DNA from: Octopus vulgaris
Lineage: Eukaryota
NCBI GenBank assembly: GCA_951406725.2
Contig: OX597815.1
Span: forward strand, 94,922,001 to 94,986,000
Length of the DNA stretch: 64,000 bases
Direction of reading: 5' to 3'
Shown: in pieces, positions 25,408 through 39,229 of the stretch
Layout: every line of letters starts with the position of its first letter
Position numbering within the stretch: the first letter of the stretch is position 1
Notes under the pieces: generated by a model
What the model saw: only the letters and a program-made list of their open reading frames with translations
Database searches by the model: none
What the model was told of the DNA's origin: nothing
Made by a program: the position numbers and the translations under genes

Positions 25408-26384
25408 TAACACATTGTTTAATGGCGGTTCCCCATATAAATATACGCGAGATCACACGGTCGGTGTGCAATTGCTTACGCTTGGTTTTACTTACACATC
25501 CTGTATCTCAGGTATCTTCAAATGATGCGATGTTATAGTCAAACCAGTTGACGTGTAGGATCAAACAAAATGAACTGCAGTGTTGGTGAAAAATTACAGA
25601 GTAGTTTATAAATATATAAATCTAAGCACTTCCCACACAAATTCATAGTGATTATCTTTAAGTTACTTTGAACGACATAAATAATGACGTACTAAGGCAC
25701 ACATACACAGCCACACGCACGCGCACGCACACATACATACACAAATAACTCACACACACACACGCACAGACATATACACACAGATATAGATAGATAAATG
25801 CACATGAATACAAATTTATATATTTCTATATGTGTGTATACATGTATATATACATATATATAAATTAATTTAGAGATAATTAAAATAATTAATATAATAT
25901 ACAAAATATATTTTGTATATTATATTAATTATTTTTATTTTTATGTTTTGTTTTATGTTTTTCACTGTTTGATTTGCCTAATAGTGGTTTTATCTCTAAT
26001 TTAATTTATATTTATACTGTGAAATTGGATTTAATCCTAAATCTATTTTTTCCCTGTAAGTTTGTATTTACTCCCTAATATTATATATATATATATATAT
26101 TATATATGAATATACGTCGGAGGACTTGAAATGACGTGATAAAGAACCACATTATCTTTAAGATAAGAACGGAATCGTATAGATTCTTTGATTAACCCAG
26201 GAATGATATTGCTCGAAACTACATTTCTGTAAACATTGTGGTTCAGCTAAAAGAGAATACTAAAATAAGAACCAGACTTAAAATAATGCAAATAGTATGG
26301 TAGATTCAATCGAATAAATCTGTGACAACTGTGTCCCACCAGGCCTGAAACAGATAAATGAATCAAAGAGAATATATATATTTA

Positions 26385-26600
26385 TATGGCAGGTGGATTG
26401 GCAAAATTGTTAGAGCATCAAAAAAGGTGCCTTACGGTTTTTGGTCTGCATGTTCTAACTTCAGATTACGTAGAGAGCAAGTTTTCGTTATGTCCTCTTA
26501 TCTCTTGGTCGATAAAATGAAGTACCAGTCAAGTAATGGTGCTGGGATTGATTTAATCGACTCATTTCCACCTCCAAATTTCATACCTTGCGCCTCTGTA
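26385..26600 (+). mobile_element. Degenerate SINE (family of 4152-4360)
   Basis: ggtcgataaaatgaagtaccag...gatttaatcgactc shared motifs. Confidence 0.6.
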
Positions 26601-26614
26601 ACATGCCTGATGCC

Positions 26615-27845
26615 ACCTTGACTGCATCCTCCCATCCCATATACAAGACACAAATCACACCCTTCGCCTTTTCAATTTCTTCTCCTTCCATCCGGCACCT
26701 TACACCTCTTCACCTTGGACATCAAATCCCTATAAACGGTGATTCCCCATAGCGACGATCTCTTAGTCCTCCAATACCTCTTCGACCGTCGCCCCGACCT
26801 TGAACCCAGCACCCCCACCCTTCTCCGTCTGGCAGATCTCGTCCATCGATTTACTTCCATCGGGTAGATCTACAAATAGGTGTCTGGGGTCACTATGAGA
26901 ACGAGAATGGGCCCCAATTTCGTCAACCTATTTGTTGGTCACATTAAGGGCCTAAGTATTCTAATTCTTCGGACCAACCCCAGAGCTATACGGCTGCTAC
27001 ATAGACGACTGTATAGGCCCCCACCTCCCTCTCTCACCACTTCATCTCTTTCCTCTCTAACCTACACCCTTTTCTCCAATTTACCTCTACCATCTCCAAC
27101 ACCTCTGTAAACTTACTAGATATCTCTCACCATTGACCTCCCCACTCACTCGCTCACCACCACCTCCTTCTTTAAAGCCGCGGATCCCCACCTCAACTTC
27201 TACTTCCTCCATGCCTTCCACACCAAACGGGCCACCCATACTCCCAGTTCCTTCACCTCCGACGCTTGGGTAGCCGGGACCAGGATTTCGAAACTCTGTC
27301 CCATTACCGTGCCGACCTATCATGCATCGAGGAAACCCATCAACCCTTGTCCAAACCGCCCTTGCCCGCGCTCATCTAATCGATCGCACCACCGCCCCTC
27401 TCCTTCCCCACACCAATTCCCGGCTGCACCCTCTTTCCCCACCTTTTCCCTTCCACCCTTCACTCAGCTAAACCCCACCCCCATTTTCCCCAACTCACTC
27501 TTTCTCTCCCTTAAATGCGCCCGTAACCTAAGCTATCTGCTGGTAGCACCTTCCCCTCTTCCATCCAGGCCCCATACGGATCCTTCCCTTGCTCTAGATC
27601 CCGCTGCCACACCTTCCTTTCACCACCGACACCACCTCCCTCACTGGATCCAACCAGCACACACTCGACATTAGAAACTCCTTCTCCTGCACTTCTTTCA
27701 GCCTTATAATTGTATTAGATGTAATCTCTGCAATAAAATCTACGTTGTTTAGAGCAGTTCACCAAACATCTACGTGATGTTCGGCAACGTACGAACAAAT
27801 TCGTCACCCGTCATTCCGCTTGGTCAACCACTTCACCTCTATTAT
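26615..27845 (+). mobile_element. Decayed Penelope-like element of a GC-richer lineage: RT core to GIY-YIG
   Basis: LFTLDIKSL*TVIPH...PSTPTLLRLADLV...GVTMRTRMGPNFVNLFVG...YIDDC; FSCTS near 27685. Confidence 0.85.
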
Positions 27846-27864
27846 GAACACACACACACATACA

Positions 27865-27953
<89 letters not shown>

Positions 27954-27954
27954 G

Positions 27955-28102
27955 TTTATATCAAGGTGATTACTATACATAAATGCCTCGCTCTAGGAGG
28001 GAATCTTAAAGTCAGAACTACCATGTTTATTATGGAATTTTTTTCCTTTAAGAGTCCCCCTTAGCGTGTGGCATGTATGTATAGTAATCCCCTTGATATA
28101 AA
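27955..28102. repeat. About 150-bp imperfect palindrome (MITE-like or fold-back)
   Basis: tttatatcaaggtgattactatacat...atgtatagtaatccccttgatataaa; pairing continues to tcttaaag/ctttaaga. Confidence 0.8.
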
Positions 28103-28210
28103 TAAATATATTTACAGGGAATAATTAATAAATTTTTCCCTTATGAGGTTTTTCGCGCTAACTATTTCATAAGTTCTTATGAAGATTTTATCCTATTTTT
28201 AAATTGTATA

Positions 28211-28559
<349 letters not shown>

Positions 28560-29403
28560 TCTTACACAAAATGATTCACATTACAACATGTTTATATTCT
28601 CTGAAACACTAAACTTTTATGAAGCGTAAGTAGATTTCACAAAGGAATACGAATAAATATTTTAGCATAAGATAATAAATCAGTTTTAATGCATTATTCT
28701 GTTTTCAACGCGCTAAATACTAGCTTTATTCAAAGTGTTTGCCTCATGCTTTAATTTTGTAGATTTCTCCGTTATATGCTGCATTTATTGAAATTGAAAT
28801 GATTTTGATATTAGATGTATTTTATTAAATCTGTTAAGCTTTTATCAAATCTAACGTTAGGAGTTAAATAATGAACTATAATTAAATTGGTTTTACTCGT
28901 TAATATTCAGTAAAATGTCAGTAATACAATACATTTCAGAAATGTTTTAGTACATCGCAGAGCGGAAAGTAAAATTAGTAAATCAATTATATTATAATTT
29001 TGTACTTTATAAATTGAAAGAGTAATTAAATTAAATATTCTGTGGTCTAATGTCCTCTTTCCTCTTGAAAAGAGTATATATGAATGGTAAAATGATGTAT
29101 TATCATTCTACCACTTTACTCTTTTGTTAGTACAACGAAAATGTGCATCAATAAACACAAAAGTTTGAAAATTATAGAGCAACTTGTTTTCAGAATGATA
29201 AAGCGTAAAATTGACGTCATATATTCACGAGTAGAATACAATTCGATAAAGATCCAATGAGATACTATTTTAAAGTATTTTTAATTAAAAATCAATTTTT
29301 TGCTACTGTAATGTTAAGGGAATCGAAGTTCACCAATTTTAATTACTATTTTCATTAAAGTTAACTCTCAATATTAGATTAAGTTAAATTAGGTAGGATT
29401 CAG

Positions 29404-29592
<189 letters not shown>

Positions 29593-32510
29593 ATAGGTGT
29601 ACATGACTGCGCGCGTGTGTGCGCGCGCATGAATGTTCGTTTATGTTATATGTGTACGAGTGTATAAGAAATGAGAAGCACTTACTATCAATGATTCCAG
29701 CAAACGAAGGTTATTGGAAGAACTCCAAATATAAAACAATGCCCGATCTCTTGTTTTGTTCTCTTTACAGTAAAGTATGTGTCATTGTTTCTAAGTTGTT
29801 GATAATTGAATTTCCCGAAGAGGAGTTGGGAACCAGCGTATGATGTAAATTTAGTTCTCTCAGTGATATTCAATAAATAATTCCATATATAGAAATATAT
29901 TACTATAAAATAAAGAGCTAAGAATATCACAGGAATCTAAATAAAATTCATTGTGTTATAAACCTCAAAGGTTGCACTAAAATTGCCATACATTAAGGAA
30001 CGTGAAACGAAACAGAAATCTAACTTGCGTAACTGTGATTAAAAGAAAGCATAATTACATGTTTTTCTTTCCATTTTTAACAGTGTTTTATTAAAATCAA
30101 ATCAGTTATTGTGTTCAGTATCTAAACAGTAAATGAAATATTACTTTATTTCTTCATCATTAGTAATTAATCAAAAATGTTTCTGAAATTATATTAATAT
30201 AGTTTTATTTTAATTGTTTAATCGTATTGTCAGTAAAGATACAAGCTAAAATTTTGGCAACATTCCTCAGCTAGCACAATGAAAGATTTAACGCTTTTAA
30301 AACATTTTTTAAATTTCATCTTTGGCGAAATGGCAGAGTAATATTTCAATACTTCAACCTCTAACTCTATTTTACAAATCTAGTAATATGTTGGATTAAT
30401 TATAGACGTCAAATGGAAGCTTTTCATATAAGATTGAAAGCTTTTTTGTGCAATTCCTTCTTTTTAATATCGTGCTCGTTTCCCAGTGAATAGATGGTTC
30501 AACATCGAGATTGGTGAAGCATTCCATGTCATAAAACCACGACTACAAATATTCTCAACATAGACTTCCATACTTGATAATTTCATTTGAACATTTCATA
30601 TAACATCTGTAGTTATTTGGCAGAAGGTAAAATTTCAATTGATCTGAGATTTTGAAAGAAATAATGAAACACAATTTTGCAGAGTTCCAGAAATTGCTTT
30701 CTGCTATCAATAAATTGTATTCGATAGCTGAGACTCTCTGGTATAAATCTTGCTACAAATTCTAAATACATTTACGTGACATTTCTTAATACAATGCTTG
30801 TATTATCAAAGACATTTGGTCGTATATCTAAAATACATTATTTTGTACTTGTAGTAAAATCCCTTGATAATAAAATGATAATATATGTCAGATGAAGCCA
30901 TTATTCTGGCATTTATATAGATCTACAACGCAAAATGTTTTTTCTATCAGATATAATTAGTGCAGTTGTCATACATTCTTGATTTCAATGCGTCATCTAG
31001 ATACAGCAGATGTTTAATGTTCCTTCCAAGTGCATAATTATTATGAACCGTATCTGTATCATAGAGCTGAAATATCGATCTTTATTTGGAAAGAAAACAA
31101 TATTTACTCTCACGAATAAATAGTATTTGCAGTATTTTATGTAATTAATAAATTAATAAATTCAGCGGTGTTTTATATTAGGTAATAAAGCTCAAATTGT
31201 TTCTATGACAATGTGGTATTGGCTACATCATCGTAATCTAATTACTATATAATAACACCGTGAATATAAAACAATTTAAAAAATCTTCGACCTGCATTTG
31301 GTGTGTCTTATTTCTGACCACTCGGCAGTTACCACCTTTCGTGAATTCCACGAATGCACCTCACCCTGGCTTCCACACACATCCGGATCTGGTATGTTTA
31401 GTCTTTCAATCATCACTCAGCTAATTTAACGTCACAAATCATCATGCAATGCACAAATTCCGTCTCCTATATAAAGTGCACAAATCAGATGATTGATTAG
31501 ATTTTTGGTGGGTATTTGCTATCTTTTACAGGATGTGTGTTTTGTACTTAAACAATCACTACTGGAACCGTATTCTTAGACATGTGTTTCCATGTCTCAC
31601 AGAGAAGGAAAACTAACGTCCCCAGTGCCACAAGTAGTTCATTCATAGCTGCGCAGTAGGTTATCAAGCTATTAAGACTCTGGGCATCTTTTACTTAGCA
31701 ATGTTCTTCATAGAAAATAATAACCAAACCGTGGAGAATGACTGCGTGTATTGTAGACCGATAAGACCTTTTGCCTTTGAAACTGAAGCCTATTTTTATA
31801 TTATATTCCCCAAACAAAATCTAGCGACCTTGCGAAATGTTATCATTTCAGATCAAAACAATGATCATTTGTTGATATTACTTTCAGTTGAAAAACTCCA
31901 CACCTGCCGCTCGTTTTGCATCCACCGTCACATATAACATATTAAATAAACCTCAGGCAATGTTATCAAGTTCCATACTCATCACAATGCAAACTTTATA
32001 CACCATACTCATCACAATGTACACTTTATACATCAAGTAATATAGATCTTCCGACTGGTTCAAATGATCAACCTCAACAGCCTTCAGAATGTTCTGTCCA
32101 TTATTCTCAAAGAAAGCAAGATTTTGTCCCATTCACACCGGAGATTTTAATCTCTGTAAATAAATACATTTTGTTTCCAGTTTCAAAAGAGTGGAACATA
32201 TCGCTTACAAAATAATGAAAAAAATTAAGCTCTATTTTGAAAAATTAAGCTCTATTTTGAAATACTTTTGTTCATATATATGTTCATATATATTTTTTTA
32301 AAATAATACTAACATATATCATATACTTTCTTGTTCAGAAAGAATAAGTACATCTTACGACATTTTAAATGTTTGATTCTGAATCAAACTCTTGATAATG
32401 TGCGTATTTCATCACACACACACACGCACACACGCACACACACACACACATGCACACACACACACACACCACACACTACACATACACACATACACGCGTA
32501 TATATACCTA

Positions 32511-33717
32511 CTAGCAGCATAGCCCGGCGTTGCCCGAGTGCGTATATATACCTACTAGCAGCATAGCCTGGCGTTGCCCGGGTATGTAAGAGCCCCTAGT
32601 AGGCAACGACTAATCCCAATCTAGTCCTTTCCATCTAGGGAACGAAGGCGCATGTGTAGGTTGCAATGTCTTCTCTTCACTCCCGAATAACTATCAAACA
32701 GCTATCGATAATTCAACCCAACCAATTCCTACCAGGAAGAAATTACATTCGAGACTTTACCCCCAACACCGCCACTTCTGCTAATAGCTGCTGCAGCCGC
32801 AAGTTATTCGAATACTTTTTTTGTTTAAACTTTCTTTATAACTACCACCCCAAACGTTTTACCTTAAATTTTTGAGGTACCCTAAGGGTCCTCGGACGCT
32901 ACTTGCAAACTCTTGGTTTATTATAAACCGCTTTTGTCGTGTGCACCAAAAACCTTTTCCATTCGTTTGTTCAGTTGGGTCACGTCTGACTTTTTCGTTG
33001 TTGTCACTCACATTGCTGCCAGCTTTTTTGCCGTTTTTGTACATTTTTATACATTTTGGGATACTTACCCCACGTGTTCCGAGAGTTAAAAAGGTCGAGT
33101 TGCGTCCCCTAGACAGTCTGTGGTTTTGTGTTTAATACACAAATCGGTTTGCTATGTGTGCCACATATGATTTAATTAACCGATTTTTTCCAGTAATAAT
33201 GTATCCTATTGGAATAAAAAGGGCCATATAGCTCCTTGGAGCAGACATGATGCTCGCTGTGAATTTAAAAAAATTCCTGCCAATTTGTCGAAAATATTGT
33301 CGAAAATATGTCATCTTGAATTTGAACCCGATTTCCCAAAATAGCATGATTTTATCGATTTTTTCTGATGGTAAGGTATTGCATGGAAAACTACCGTCAG
33401 AATTAAGTTCCTTAGGGTAACATTAAGCTTCACCATGAGTTTAGTGAAAGTCGATTGCAAGTTGCGAAAACTACAACAGAAAATGTGTTGCATATAAAAA
33501 GCTTAGATTCTCGACCCCATGTCGAATTTTATCGATTGTTTTCAGAACTGGGGGAACTTTTCAAAATTTTCTCTGCGTTAGTTTTGAATTATGACATTGG
33601 ACTATGTGTGTGTGAAGTTTCATTAGAATCGGTTGAAAGCCGTGGTCAGGGTGAGGGTACAACCTGACAGACACACAGACACACAGACAGACAAACTGCC
33701 GTTTATATATATAGAGA
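32511..33717 (-). mobile_element. Non-autonomous Helitron (about 1.2 kb) with duplicated 3' terminus
   Basis: Minus strand A|TCTCTATATATATAAACGGCAG start; hairpin cccgggcaacgcc(a/g)gg plus CTAG|T ends at 32555 and 32511; shares 5' about 215 bp and an internal block (33080-33132) with 16972-17356. Confidence 0.85.
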
Positions 33718-34506
33718 TATATATAGTTATATATCTATATATATCTATCTCTATGATCATATACGCGTATATATCTAGAGAGGAGTATAAGAGAGAGACA
33801 GAGAGCGAGAGAGAGAGAGAAAGAGAGAGAGACTGAAATAATAAGTTATATTTAAGGTTAAAATACCTTAAAAACCACTACAAATTAAAAATTGGAATAG
33901 AATGAAAATTCGAGAACGCAAAACACATTCTGCACATTATTCTACATTCCAGTATATGTGGGAATATCACTTATGGATTAACACAAATAACTTTTAAAAT
34001 CTATATTATACCTCCTAATTTAATATCGAGATATAATTAGCATGTCCATTTAACAGAAATTATTCTTTTAACCAATACCGGGTTTCAGTCCTGATTATAA
34101 TAAGCTAAATAAGTTAACAATTTTTAGTTCATAATACTTAAATTATCATACATTTTCTATAAATTCTTGCTATTGAAATTAATAAGGTATGGATATTTTA
34201 TCATGGTTTTTAGTAATTAGGCTGTTTTTATTCCTTTTCTATGATGCTCTACCGTAACTGATCATTTGATTATTATTGTTATTATTATTTTATAGTAGCC
34301 TCAATAAATCTAATCTTTGTACCCCTATTAATTTGAGCTCAGCTTATATAAGGTAATACTAGTATCTCGACAACTTATATAACATATAAAAATATACTAT
34401 ATATAATATATATAATTGCATATACGTATATATATATAACAAATTAAAGAAGGAAAATGCACTCTCTACATAGTTTTCATATATTTAATATATTTTGTAT
34501 TGTGTC

Positions 34507-34539
34507 TGTCGACCGGTTTCGCTTTCGTTATTCATGACA
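34507..34539 (-). ncRNA. Minimal hammerhead variant (A3-U8) in inverted pLTR
   Basis: tgtc-ATGAATA-ac-gaaa-gc-GAAAC-cg-GTC-gaca. Confidence 0.7.
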
Positions 34540-34705
34540 TTAAAATTTATTGAAATACGCATTTTCTTATGAAGAGTTTTTTCTCCATGTTGCGTGTGGG
34601 GTTTATGAACGAACGACTCAACAATTAGAAGAATCTAAGTGGAGATAATTGGTCATCGCTATTATTGTGGACACGGGAGATAATTGTTCAGTTTTCGGCA
34701 GTGGG

Positions 34706-34760
<55 letters not shown>

Positions 34761-36986
34761 ATGTGTGTGTATACACACAATTGTTTTTTAAAAAGTGATG
34801 GGAGAAGTATATACAGTGATGGGTGTCTTTTTTAAACGTTCTTGTAAAGAAATTGTATCTTTGTACTGGTAGAAGGGGAAAACTGAAATTTGTTTTGATA
34901 TTACCTGCACAAATAAGAAATGCTAAAAGAAACCAACCTAGGGTTAGGAGTATTTTTTTCTCCCCACCAACTAGACACGTCGTAGAGACTTCCTTTATCT
35001 TTCGACGAGGAAACTGAGCCTAGGGATTCTCAACCTATTTACCCAGATAGCACAACCAACTCCCCAGCATCCCAAACATAATTGAGGACCTCAACAATTT
35101 ATTCCAACGAAGAAACCCGAACTGCTTACTTCCAACCAGCTTGCCAAGATAGCAAAATCAACCTTCCAGGAATTCCCGATATAATAAATAACAACAATAA
35201 TACTGATTTAATTAATAACAATAATGATCCTAATAACTTTCACCAACAAAATTACAGTAAACATTTTTAGACCGAATGGAAAGAAACAGGGGCACGCTTT
35301 GGAACAAAATTTACAGGAGAACCCCAAAGTAATAAATGTATAAACAAAAACTCTATCTGCAACAAAAATCAGTATACTAGCTAAAGGATTAAAGTTTATT
35401 CCAGCCCCCGAAGATCTAACCGTAATAAAACTAAAGACAATATTTCGGAATTCTGCAGAAAACTACGACTCGCAGAAGCAATAACTGACTACAACAATGA
35501 GTGATTGGTTAAAAACAGAAGTAATTACCTTCCACATAAAGGTAGGAATAAAACACTAGATGACGTCTGCGACCTTATCCAAAGCTTCCCATATACTTTC
35601 CATAAACGAAAAATTAATTCAAACCTCAACAATCTAGAATGGAAAAATCTAATTGAAACGACAAAGTCCTGACAATTAAAGAAGCAGACAAAGGAAGTGG
35701 TGTAGTTCTGATGGACACAGAATACTATTACTCATGCTAGAAAACGATACCTTCTACGAAATAGTTGTAAACTATAAACAGCAAAAAACAATAAAAAATC
35801 TTGCATCCTTAATACTTCTACATGGAAAAGTCCTGACACAAAAAGAAACACAACATCACGAACTTTAAATGTAAACCTAGTCTTTTTTACGGCCTACCTA
35901 AAATGCGCAAGAGCAAGATAATTAATGAAGCCTGCAAAGAATCACCAGGCAAATACATAAACATCCAAGCGCTTGAAGACTTAACGTTAAGGCCCATTAT
36001 AGCTGGCTGAATCTGTGAAACCCACTGCCCTCACTTATAGGCGATGTAATTAAGCGTGCCAAGAAATTAGACATAAAAACACTAAGGACAACAAAACATA
36101 ACACCACACCTCATCTCAAAACACTACTATATACATCCACCCACAGCCCTAGAAACAATGAGCGTACAACATTATTGTGCAAACTCTCCCATTACTAACT
36201 AGAGACCCAAAAATCAACAACATCCTGAAATCGCATAAACTCATCAAATGCAAAAAGCAACTCAAATCGCCAAAGAGACTTCTAACAAATGCGAAGCTTT
36301 ACGCAACAACCACGAAACCAACAGTTAAACAATGAGGACGCCCAAACTGTGGAACATGCCCCAACCTACTTGAAGGTGCGGATTTCCTTTTCACACAAGG
36401 AGAAAGGTTCACAATTAGAACTAACTTCACCAGTGCCCTTGAGAACCTGCTCGGGTTGTGGACATCACTATATAGGACAGACGAGTATGACATTGAGACG
36501 GAGAATCACTCTACATATAGAGCAGATCCGATTCCCGCAATACAGACAAATCCCTTATGTGAACACATAGAGAAATGTGTAGGTAACATCAAACCAAATT
36601 TCACAGTTTTCCCCTTCTACCAGTGCAAAGAGATAATTTCGTTACAAGAACGCTTAAATAAAGAAAATTTTTTCATCGAAACATGCAGAACACGTCTAAA
36701 TATACACGCATAATTAACTTTGATCTCTAAACATATTTTAATTCACGATTACAGAATCATCATTGTAACTATTTCTTCCCACCACTCTAGTTTTTGAATT
36801 TTTGCGTGTGTGTATATCCACCCCCTGCCGAAAACTGATCAATTATCTCCCCTGTCCACAAAAATAGCGATAAGCAATTACCTCCTCTTAGATTCTTCTA
36901 ATTGTTGAATTGTTCATCCATAAACCCCAGACACAACACGGACAAAAATACTATTCATAAGAAAATGCGTATTTAAAAAATTTTCA

Positions 36987-37019
36987 TGTCATGAATAGCG
37001 AAAGCGAAAGCGGTCAACA
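36987..37019 (+). ncRNA. Minimal hammerhead variant (A3-U8) in 3' pLTR
   Basis: tgtc-ATGAATA-gc-gaaa-gc-GAAAG-cg-GTC-aaca. Confidence 0.65.
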
Positions 37020-37090
37020 AACACAATACAAGATATGTTAAAAATTGGATGAAAACTATGTAAAGAATGTGCATGTTCCTTCTTTAATTT

Positions 37091-37143
<53 letters not shown>

Positions 37144-37151
37144 GTATGTCC

Positions 37152-37213
<62 letters not shown>

Positions 37214-37231
37214 CATATTTTTTATTTTTTA

Positions 37232-37572
37232 TTTTTTATATTTTTACGTGTTTCAGTCATTTGACTGCGGCCATGCTGGAGCACCGCCTTTAATCGAGCA
37301 ACTCGAACCCAGGACTTATTCTATCGGTCTCTTTTGCCGAACCGCTAAGTAACGGGAACGTAAACACACCAGCATCGGTTGTCAAGCAATGCTAGGGGGA
37401 CAAACACAGACACACACACATACATATACATATATACGACAGGTTTCTTTCAGTTTCCGTCTACCAAATCCACTCACAAGGCATTGATCGGCCCGGGGCT
37501 ATAGCAGAAGACACATGGCCAAGATGCCATGTGGTTGGTTAGCAAGCTACTTACCACACAGTCACTCCTGCG

Positions 37573-37574
<2 letters not shown>
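37232..37574 (-). mobile_element. tRNA-headed SINE, near full length, between (TA)n runs
   Basis: Minus strand ggcgcaggagtgactgtgtggtaagtagcttgc head, internal (TG)-rich segment, tail ggcggtgctccagcatggccgcagtcaaatgactgaaaca. Confidence 0.85.
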
Positions 37575-37631
<57 letters not shown>

Positions 37632-37634
37632 TTG

Positions 37635-37707
<73 letters not shown>

Positions 37708-37777
37708 GGCTCTTGATTTACATTGTGTATTTGTATTTATGTATTATGTAACTGATGTAGTCTATATATAATCTAGA

Positions 37778-38076
37778 TGGAACTCCATGGATTACGGCCA
37801 CGAGTGTTTCAGTTGATCCGGTCAACTTAACAACCTACTCATGAAATTAACACCACAGATATGCGTACCCTTAACGTTGTTCTCAGGGTGATTCAGCGTG
37901 GCACAAAATGTGGCAAGGCTCGCCACTGAAATATCGGTACTACTCATTTTTGCCAGCCTGAGTCAACTGGAGCAACGTTAAATAAGGTGTGTTGCCCAAA
38001 CGCGCAACAGGGAATCGAACTCACGACCATAGGATTTGAGTAAAATCCCCCTAAGCAGTAAGTCACGTGCCTTCAC
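37778..38076 (-). mobile_element. tRNA-headed SINE of a third family
   Basis: Minus strand head with B-box gagttcgattccc followed by ttgggcaacacacct (CORE-like). Confidence 0.7.
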
Positions 38077-38079
38077 TTA

Positions 38080-38245
38080 GTGGCATTTCTTCCGGCTTTA
38101 CATTCTTTGCCAAAATTACAGCAAGATCGACCTCGCCTGTCCTCCCTTCAACGTCAATGGAATAAATGCCAGCCAAACACTTCGGTCGATATAATCGACG
38201 AGCAACCCTGTCTTCCTAAAAGTCAAGTCTTGTCCTTATATTTAC
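38080..38245 (+). mobile_element. Degenerate SINE (family of 4152-4360)
   Basis: tggcatttcttccggcttt...ggtcgatataatcgac colinear with 4190-4350. Confidence 0.5.
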
Positions 38246-39145
38246 AAAGAAAAATGTTTCCTACTCTTTTCTTTTGTTTTACTTTATATTTATGTCGCTA
38301 TGACGCTAAATGCATTCGTTTCAACACACGGCAATAAGTTGCTTTGTTTATAACCTCCAATTTAGTTAACCAAGTCTATCAAACTGAATATTTCAGTTAT
38401 TACAACTTTAAATATATATTCATTTCTTGACAAATCCATACCTTGATCGTTAATTATTTATCTTGGACCAGTAACTCGAACGTTCGGTATGGGATATTCC
38501 TATTGTATAGAAAAAATTAACACTTTCCTGATTTACGTTTAGAACACTAAAAAGAAATTTTTTTAGCTGTATGCTACTTTTACACGTATTAATTTTTACC
38601 TGTCACCTAATAAATGTAATCAAACCTTCACAGCAATAGCCACTTACTTATAACTAACTTCCACAAATAAACAGATTAAACATATTGACCTTATGTAACT
38701 TTTTAACTTCTATTCATAGTCACAGTTTTTGATAAAAGCGTTACCTTATAATTAGCATACACACATTACAACATGAAACATGCAGGTTCTTCCAAAATAT
38801 GATAGATATTTTGATAACATAGAATTAAATTTCTTTAATAATTCATTGCCAGAGAAAATGTGTTTGAACAATTCCTCTCGAAATATTCGTTTGATTTTCA
38901 AAATTTCCGTACATATGTACACTAATTTCCTAATTGGAACAATCAATAATATTTACTGACGCATCTAGATATTTCATCGTGTATTCTCATCCAGTAAGTT
39001 CTAACAGCAATTTAGAATCACATCTAAGGTTGAAAACTTTATTCTACCTTATATTATATTTTTATATACCTTGTATTTTCCGTTCGTATAATGTTTGTTT
39101 CAGTTGGCGTCCGTCTTTTTCAAATGTGTCAGTACACACATGCTA

Positions 39146-39229
<84 letters not shown>

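Larger units (their letters stand above)
34438..37095 (+). mobile_element. Penelope-like element with inverted 5' pLTR (34438-34710) and 3' pLTR (36815-37093); RT core deleted
   Basis: About 275-bp inverted arms; remnants LAKGLKF, IKEADKGSGVVLMD, FYGLPKMRK, RPIIAG, then a jump to the linker and GIY-YIG (CSGCGHHYIGQT). Confidence 0.9.
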
